Source: Thelocarpon superellum (taxonomy: Eukaryota). Taken from it: a stretch of DNA of 46,711 nucleotides. Below are positions 39,522 to 46,711 of the stretch, piece after piece. Numbering within the stretch: the first letter of the stretch is position 1; every line of letters begins with the position of its first letter. The position numbers and the translations under genes were made by a program. Below the pieces are notes generated by a model. That model was given only the letters and a program-made list of their open reading frames with translations. It was not told the origin of the DNA and ran no database searches. The stretch lies in NCBI GenBank assembly GCA_026025795.1, contig JAPEUG010000101.1:1-46711 (forward strand). The letters are read 5' to 3'.

Positions 39522-40189
39522 GGAGGTGGGTGAAGGCGCAGCGTGACAGTTGGGCCGGGAATGTCTCGCTCTCGACGGATAGGCGCAGGGGGAGAGGTTA
39601 CCAAGAGGCCTTTCCTGCAACGATCACTCGATCCAGCTCTGCCCCGGTCGGTCACTGCCGTGTGGCCGTACGAGGAAGCGGAAGGGAGCGTCTTGGTCAA
39701 GCTCGGGGACTCCACGAAAGCTGCCCACGCGAATCCCTAGACCCCAGAGACTGACCCGAGCGATGTCAAGTGCCTCGTCGATAGCTCTCCCAGACTCATC
39801 AGTCATGGCTAACAGGTCTGGAGCAAGATGAGTGCAACATGAAGAATGAAATCCCGTCGTCTGTGCAGCGACTCGGGAGAGGAGACAAAGAGCGTGTCGT
39901 CGCGCTTTGCGTCAGACGGGCTTCGAAGGTCGCATCCGTCGAGAGTAGACTGTCGACCATCGTTCGGAACGGGGGTCGCGTCTGATTGGACGACAACCTC
40001 AACATTTGCCGTCGCTCTCGATCTTGTTGTGGCGACCCCCCGGGAGTCTCCGCATTGACCAACAACATCGGCAATCCGATAGCTGGTGATTACAGGAGCG
40101 CTAGTCTGAGCTGGATGGGATCTCTGTTGATATTGATGGTGAGGTAGTGGACGGTGGATCTGCTCCGTGATAGGGTCGTCGTCCTCACG

Positions 40190-40990
40190 ATGTCGTCGCT
40201 CCGACCCTTCCACCCACTTGACCTCTTCAAGTGCAACCTCACGAACCTCGACAGCCTGACCGAGAACTACGACATTGGCTTCTACCTCTCTTATCTCGCC
40301 CGTTGGCCCTCCCTCTTTACCGTGGTGGAGGGTCAGCGAGGAGAAATCAACGCGTATAGTATGTCCAACTTTCCTCTCCCACCGCCTCCCCCTTCCCTCC
40401 CCACCTCCTCCCAATCGACTACCCTGCTGCATCTACACATTCGCACACTAACGCGCACGACCAACGCCACAGTCATGGGTAAACTCGAGTCATCTCCAGC
40501 GGGATACCAACACTCGCAGCACTATTTGCCCTGGCACGCCCACATCACCGCCTTGACGGTAGCACCGGCGTCGCGACGACTGGGGCTGGCCCGTCTCCTC
40601 ACACAGAGTCTCGAGCGCGCCGGCGATCAGTACAACGCGTGGTTCGTTGACCTGTTTGTTCGCGAGAGCAACAAGGTCGCGACGGGCATGTATAGAGGCA
40701 TGGGGTATGTAGTCGTTCTCCGAGCCACCGAGCTTCTTCACCAGTCCACCTTGGTTCGACATAGCTACCTTTCCTCATACCCTCCAACATACATGACTGA
40801 TCATTGTCTTTGCACCCACAGGTACAGCGTCTTCAGACGCGTCGTCGGCTACTACAGCGATGATCCGACGGGAAAAGCGAGCGGCGAGGACGCCTTTGAC
40901 ATGCGGAAGCCGCTGGCGCGTGATAAGACGCTCAAGCATATCCGCGAGCGTGGCGAGGATCATAGAGTGTGGCCGGAGGACGTGTGGTAG
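40190..40990 (+). CDS. NAT3: N-terminal acetyltransferase B catalytic subunit (Nat3/NAA20, GNAT)
   Basis: Exons 40190-40358, 40473-40704, 40822-40990. NLDSLTENY, YLARWP, MGKLE, PWHAHITALTVAPASRRLGLA, FVDLFVRESN, GYSVFRRVVGYY, EDAFDMRKPL. Confidence 0.96.
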   Translation: MSSLRPFHPLDLFKCNLTNLDSLTENYDIGFYLSYLARWPSLFTVVEGQRGEINAYSMSNFPLPPPPPSLPTSSQSTTLLHLHIRTLTRTTNATVMGKLESSPAGYQHSQHYLPWHAHITALTVAPASRRLGLARLLTQSLERAGDQYNAWFVDLFVRESNKVATGMYRGMGYVVVLRATELLHQSTLVRHSYLSSYPPTYMTDHCLCTHRYSVFRRVVGYYSDDPTGKASGEDAFDMRKPLARDKTLKHIRERGEDHRVWPEDVW

Positions 40991-41229
40991 TTCGTCATCT
41001 GGGCGATCCTTGTGGCATGGGCAGGACATACATCTGTACCTTAGCGGGCGTTTCGTTGTTTCGACGCACCACAATGACACTCAATTCTACGACCGTCCAG
41101 TTCTACTCCTGCTCTTACGGTGCAAAGGTCTCGAAACACAAAAGCTTGTCGTACTGCCACGACCTATCCTATTGCTAACTACCGCGATGGTCGATGGCAA
41201 AGGACGCTGGCATTACACCCACCCCTTGA

Positions 41230-41854
41230 CCCCCGAAGCCGAGAAACAGATGGTTTGCCAGACCAACTGCTGGCTGCGCAGGGACACGAGGAAGATATGA
41301 GACCAACGCCCCTCCCCCCTTCGATCGATCGAACACAAGGAAAAAGCAAACGCATCGCTGGCATTAACCCACCCCCCGGAGCCGCGCAACGATTGGGTTG
41401 CCAGACCAATCGCTGGCTCCGCAGGGGGGGCGAACACGCCGCCCAAAAAGACGAACCAAGGAGACGGCCCCCCGGAGCCGAGGAACGGTTGACTTGCCAG
41501 GCCAACCGTTGGCCCCGGCGGGGCCCACACGGTGACAAAAAGGAATGAGAGAGAAGGAGAGACAGAGGAAACGACCCCCCGGAGCCGCGAAGCGGTTGGT
41601 TTGCCAGACCAACCACTGGATCCGGCGGGGCCCACAAGGCAAACCAGGGCCAAGGAAATGACAAAAGGAAACGCCCCCCAAAGCCGCGAAACGGATGGCT
41701 TGCCACACCATCCGTTGGCTTCGCAAGGGCAAAAACGCCCAAAGAATAGGACCAAGGAAAGACAAAGAAAAAACAAAGGAAAGCGGGAGCACACTTGTCC
41801 CCGGAGTCACGAAACGAATGGCTTGCCGGACCATCCGCCGACTCCGCAGGGGCA
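41230..41854 (-). repeat. Array of six diverged ~55-60 nt stem-loop repeats separated by variable U-rich spacers (putative structured-RNA cis-element array)
   Basis: Copies at ~41230-41283, 41372-41430, 41466-41525, 41575-41630, 41673-41730, 41796-41854. Plus-strand consensus ccccGGAGCC-gcgaaa-CGGWTGGy-TTGCCAG-ACCAWCCG-yt-GGCTCC-gcagggg, with compensatory substitutions in the stems. Confidence 0.88.
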
Positions 41855-42002
41855 GGCATGCTCCCTAGAACAAAACAAAACAACAAAGGAAAGAAATCCC
41901 CCTCCCCCGCTCCCTCCCCCACCCCATCGAGCCCTTCCTCTGATGAAGCTTGGCGCGAGCAAGAGCACCTGGCCCGCATCGCTCCACACACCTCCGGCTC
42001 CC

Positions 42003-43847
42003 CTAACCGGAGGTGATGGAGGCGACGTGCACCAGGCGCTGCTGCCCGCCCATCTTCACCATCACCACCAACTGCTGGACCCCCTCGCCGGGATCGGCGA
42101 GCTCCCCGTCCACGCCGGGCGGCAGCGTCCAGGCCTCCAGCTTGATGCCGGCGGCGTTGGACGGTGACGCCGGCGTGGCACGCGGCGAGCCCGCCGGCCT
42201 GGCGAGACCCAGCAAGAAGTCCAGGCCGCAGGTCGGACACGAGATTGCCAGTCTCGTGCCCGTCTGCGCCGCGTGGAGCGACACTGTCCGCCGAAGATTG
42301 GCCAGACAGTGCGCGTGGGCCGGCTCGATGGCGAGCGACTCGTCGACGGCCCCGTCCGTCGCCGCGTCGCTCTGGTCAGGACGCCCCTCGGACGCCTTGG
42401 CCAGGACCGCAGACGGAGAAGAGCGCCCACCGAGGCACTTCTCCCGCTGAATCATCCGGGGGAATCGCCAGAAACCCCCCGATGGCTCCCTCGGAGCCGA
42501 CGCCTTGGACGGAGTCTGGGACGCCGAAGTCAAATGAGCCCGAAGGCTCACCTCGGACGCCGTCCCGACGTCAGACGCCCGCGCCGCCGGCCCGCTGGAC
42601 GGCCCGAACCTGGGCCCCTCGGTCGGACGAGTGGCCTCGCCCAGACCCCTCTTCCGCCCGAGAAAGTCGGGTTCAAAGACCCCTAGTCGCTGCGCGAAGG
42701 TCGGCTTTGCCAGAGCCGCCTTCGACACGAGCGGCGTGGGGGCCGCGGGGGTGTCAAGCCCGATGGACGGGTGGCCGACGCTGCCGTCGGCCACGGCCAA
42801 CCGGTCTTGACACGCGTTGCACAACCAATGGTAGCAACGCAGGCACATCAGACTCGTCGTCTGACTGCAGCAGGCGGCCTGGCAGGCCGCCCGCACCACG
42901 GGGGTCTTCAGCTCATCTCTCGCCACAAGAGATGACCGAAGGAAGCCGTCGACCCGCTCCCGGGTCGTGCTGGGTGGGGGCGCCGGCGTCGTGCCCGGGG
43001 CCGAAGAGGTGACTGGGGCCGCCACCGAAGGACAGCGACCCCCCGACGGTCCCGCGGGCGGCGCCGGGCGAACGGCCTGCCGCTGTTGCCGCTTGGGTGG
43101 CACCAGCGGCCGGGACTCCTCCACCCGCGTCCACACCCGCTTCTTGGCCGCACTGATGCCCTGTTAGCGGATCTCGCGCAAAAAGCACGGGGGCTCGCCA
43201 GCTTACCCGCCAAATTGAGACTCCAGGAGCCTCACCCGGTCCTTGATCGCTCCATTGAGCGGCGGGAAGTGGGAGAACCGCATCCCGGTCCGGACGTCCG
43301 ACGGGATCTGGCGGTATGAGAACCCATCGAACGGTTTCCCCAACATGCAGTTGTTGTAGTGCGACGAGTGGGGCACGTGGATGGAGGAGAGCGCCCGGTG
43401 ATCGTGGCGGAATTTCTCGGCGATACCCTTGGGGTTGGCCAGCCATTCGTACGGCTTCGTCCCGTATGGGAGGGAGGCCCGCTGGCCTCGTCGCTCGAAG
43501 CTTGCCACGCGGTTGATCACCGTGCCGTTGGACTGTTCCGAGATTGCCTCGGAGACAGCGCGGGGATGTTCGATGAACGTGCTCATCCGTTCGCGCAGGG
43601 AGGGCGCCGTGTTGGATCGCGTGCGACGACTGGAGTCAGCTTGCGCTGTTGCATCGAGCCAGGTTTTCGACCGCTCAAAGGCTTGGACCCGAGAAGCCAC
43701 GTATCCGGGCTTGATCGAGGCCGCCGACGAAGATGGTGGGCCGCCCGGACGCTCGATCGCTTCAACCCGAGCCACGACGGAGCCAGACTTGTTGGATGCC
43801 TCGGACTGCGAAAGCGGCGAGACTCGTCGGCTGGAAACGTGCGACAT
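42003..43847 (-). CDS. Orphan ~596-aa protein with repeated VxxRVxxFE-like motifs and Cys-rich (Zn-finger-like) segments
   Basis: ATG 43847. Exon 1 43847-43207, intron 43206-43153 (GTAAGC...GCTAAC...CAG), exon 2 43152-42003; the splice fuses two long ORFs in frame. Contains CQAACC-x7-CLRC-x4-CNAC and HAHC...CPTC. No family recognised. Confidence 0.65.
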
Positions 43848-44204
43848 CGTGCCAGAGAAGTGGAGAGTGGATGTCGCGTGGGAAGACGGGAGAGATGAAT
43901 CGAGCTTCTGCGGAGCTGAATGCGGCCGCGATGTGGAGATCCACGTGAAGAACCGACGCGCGAAAAGGCGACGAGCGGAGAGAGGATGTTTGAGGAGACG
44001 GCGTATGAGGAGCCAGGAAGACGCGACGCTAGAGGCGAGGCGGAAAAATGACGTGAGAAGAGGCGTCGTGAGAGAGGTATAGGAGACACGAAGTCGGGAG
44101 TGACTTCTCGAGGAGGGACGTTCGGAGTAGAACGTGTACGGCGGCAATGCGTACGATGATGAGTTCCAAAATACGTGACGCACACAGAGGCAGAATGCGG
44201 TTCC

Positions 44205-44640
44205 GACGCGTAGAGAGATGATGCGGAGGGGGCGTACGATCTCGGCGGATGGAAAGGCAACGGGCAGAGAATGTTCACACGAGGCAGGCGTAACCAGGTA
44301 ACGAGTCCACAATGGCGTTGCGGAAGACGTAGATGGATGGGAGAAGGCTGCGTGCGGACACGATGCGTGGAGGATGAAGGTACGTATAGTCTCGGAGGCT
44401 GAGGAGACGACGTGGAGAGGATGGCGATGCGTGTGATCTCGGGAAAAGATGAGACGACGCGGAGAGGATATTCACACGAGGTAGGTATAAACAAACAACA
44501 AAGTCCACAGTGGCGGTGCGGAAGACGGCGATGGATGGAGACTCTGCGTATGGAGACGATGCGCAGAGGACGAAGATGCGTGTGGTCTCGAAGAATGAAG
44601 AGACGACGCGTACACAGTTGATGCGTGCGAAGAGAATCTG
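44205..44640. repeat. Diverged ~200-bp tandem duplication (two copies plus partial third)
   Basis: gagaatgttcacacgaggcagg...agtccacaatggcgttgcggaagacgtagatggatgg (~44267-44340) versus gaggatattcacacgaggtagg...agtccacagtggcggtgcggaagacggcgatggatgg (~44465-44538); both units end ...gtctcg...gagacgacg. Confidence 0.8.
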
Positions 44641-45347
44641 CGCTTGGCTGATGCGGACAGAGAATGCAACAGAGAGATCACGCGTGCACAGAGAGGATGC
44701 GTACAGCGGCGATGAGCACGGCGGCGATGCAAACGCGGATGGCTTTTGAGTGATGGCGGTTGCGCTGATGGCGGTCAGGCAGACGGCGACCAGATTGAGA
44801 GCACGGTTGAAATGTGCGTCTGTAGGAGCGGATGCGTGTTCAGAAGAGATGTGTACACAGCGGGTGGAGGCAAGTCGGTCTGTGGAGGAATGATGTGCAC
44901 AGAGACAGCGGGCAAAGAGATGACAAGAGTCGTGGCGTTATGAAGATATGAAGGCCTGGCGGCCTGGATGTTCGGAGGCTTGGGTTCTTGAAGTCTTGAG
45001 ATCTTGAAAGCTTGAGGCTTGAGTCACGATGCGTGAAGAGAAGATTTTTGGAGAGACGTGGTGGGATGGAAGAACGGTGGAAGGGGAGGCAAGCGATGGC
45101 ATGATAAGGACGCGGGAAAAGGTAGACCAGCGATGTTGTGTTGGGCGCGAGGGAATTCCCCAACAAACCAGCAAGGTTATGTTGACCTCTCTTTCGTGGA
45201 AGGAGCGATTCAGGATAGGAGAGGGTGATCTGGAGGCACGAGATAGTAAGAGGATTGTGATTTGGACGTCGACATAAACTATTCTATACAGTGGCAGCAC
45301 CGATTCGCCGCACCGTTCTTTCCCGAACCTGCTCTATCTTGCGCATC

Positions 45348-46197
45348 TTACTTCAGCGCAGCTTGCAGACTCTCCAGGACCTATTGGCGGTGTCAATAGG
45401 AGGTATCGTATACTCCATCTCCGAAGTAGATCAACATACCTCCAGTTCGATCTTCGCCTCTGCGATGTCCTGCTCGCTGCCGCTCCCACCAGCAATCTTC
45501 TGTGCCTCGCTGATTTGCGATCGAACAGCCTTATAGTCCAGTCATGTGGTCAGCGAGGATGCCATAGACGGTCGATACAGGGAGCGAGATCTTACGTCTG
45601 CGCTAAAGTCTTCGAGCGGGAAACCCTCCGCGGCGTTGATGCTCAACTGCGAGCCAGGTTGGACGATGGCAAAGCCTCCAGACACTGCCAGATGTATAAC
45701 GTGAGCATCGTTCCCTTCAGCCATCGTTGACGGGCTGACAAACAGAAGTATTGCTTGTTGCCACCGCTTTCCTCGATGATCTCCACCAGTCCGGGCTTCA
45801 GTTGCTCGATTGAGGGCACATGGTTCGCAAGCACACCCATCTCGCCCGACTCAGCCGGGATATTGACTTGCACCCTGTGTACGAGGTCAGAGAATGCGGT
45901 CTAATACGCAGGCTCGAGATACGTACACGTCGGTAGACTTGTAGATCGACTGGAAAAGGTCAAGAGGTCAGCAACAGAGGGACTCAATCTTAGACGTCTC
46001 ATCAGACACGATGGGTCGAACGGTGTGCATGGTCGCCCAGCCCACGTCGAACTCGGTTCACGTACCTCATGTGGGAGAGCTAGGGAGAGCTTGATCTTGT
46101 CCGGGACGGCCTCGGCATAGCCCCGACGTGGCAATGGGGCAAATTGCCGTCGCGGCAATGATCGGAGAGCTATTCTTGCGAGTCGGAGGGAATTCAT
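45348..46197 (-). CDS. ATP16: Mitochondrial F1 ATP synthase delta subunit
   Basis: Exons 46197-46066, 45949-45927, 45874-45744, 45684-45596, 45529-45440, 45380-45348. Presequence ...RRGYAEAV; QVNIPAESGEMGVLANHVPSIEQLKPG, LSGGFAIVQPGSQLSINAAEGFPLEDFS, EAKIELEVLESLQAALK. Confidence 0.97.
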
Positions 46198-46307
46198 GAT
46201 GCCAGATGAGGGGTTGATTGCTCAGTCGGAGGATGGAAGTGCGACTGGTCTCTGCGTCGGATGTGTGTCGTTGCTGAGGTTTGAGCAAGCCAACTCAGGT
46301 ACATCAG

Positions 46308-46328
46308 TCACGTGAACCGGTCACGTGA
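46308..46328. promoter_or_regulatory. Tandem TCACGTGA E-boxes upstream of ATP16
   Basis: TCACGTGA-accgg-TCACGTGA, 110-130 bp upstream of the ATG. Confidence 0.55.
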
Positions 46329-46711
46329 TTCTCCGCTGCGCATTCTCTAGAGTACGTGTTGGCCACCACCTAAATCAAGACGAATTACCATTCTGAAAAC
46401 TTCGTCTGAGTTCAAGATAGACACCTGTCAAGAGAATATCGTCATTGTCTACAAACAGAGGTGAAGAATATCGTCCAAAGTTGTCCTGACAAGCCACATG
46501 GGAGCCTGTCCCAAATGGCGCGGGTCGGTGAGACTACTGCAGCTCTATCTCATGCACGGTGGTTTATGCTACTTCACGAAAGCTTGAATGTGGTCATGCG
46601 ATCTTTGCGCCCCCACACTTGTGAGCCAAAAGATGGAGGAGAGACGGGCGAAACAGCCAAGAGGGGTGGAGCTGCTCCAATGCCCGATAGGCTGGATAGC
46701 TCAGCGTGTAC

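Noticed and set aside
3249..40821. Apparent excess of in-frame, stop-free introns (AGC1, RRM, YTA7, G-gamma, NAT3)
   Set aside because: About 6 of ~40 introns, close to expectation for short GC-rich introns.
41230..41854. CRISPR array
   Set aside because: Repeat-spacer-like layout, but the repeats are too divergent and long, the spacers are low-complexity and uneven, the host is a eukaryote, and no cas-like gene is present.
41230..41854. Hammerhead or HDV-like ribozyme repeats
   Set aside because: CGAAAC occurs in some copies, but no CUGAUGA core or nested pseudoknot pairing could be found.
41179..42240. Long overlapping ORFs across the hairpin array (353, 211, 193 aa)
   Set aside because: Several lack ATG starts, the repeat units fall in different frames, and conservation follows base-pairing rather than codons.
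41147..45300. Possible terminal inverted repeat CTGCCAC / GTGGCAG flanking the orphan cassette
   Set aside because: Only ~7 bp match with no target-site duplication; not significant.

Overview
GC-rich eukaryotic DNA from a filamentous ascomycete (Pezizomycotina-type short GT-AG introns with CTRAC/CTRAT branch points). It is gene-dense, with 14 intron-containing genes whose exons could be spliced by hand. Eleven belong to recognisable conserved families: EF-hand mitochondrial Asp/Glu carrier (AGC1), cystinosin/ERS1-like PQ-loop transporter, NTO1 PHD protein, an SR-like RRM protein, YTA7 AAA-ATPase, PDE2, an Rdx (SelT/SelW/SelH) CxxC protein, G-protein gamma, eIF3a (with a GC-AG intron), NAT3 and ATP16. 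One is a fungal hypothetical protein and two are apparent orphans. The first orphan is a secreted protein with a 6-Cys domain (28777-30215). The second is the main finding: a ~4 kb block between NAT3 and ATP16 holding a Zn-finger-like gene (43847-42003, minus strand). Just downstream of its stop codon is an array of six diverged ~55-60 nt hairpins separated by variable U-rich spacers (41230-41854). The hairpins show compensatory base changes, G-U wobbles that mostly work only on the minus strand, and a conserved CUGGCAA loop resembling a Vts1/Smaug recognition element. A diverged ~200-bp tandem repeat lies upstream of the same gene. No tRNA, rRNA, transposase or cas gene was recognised.
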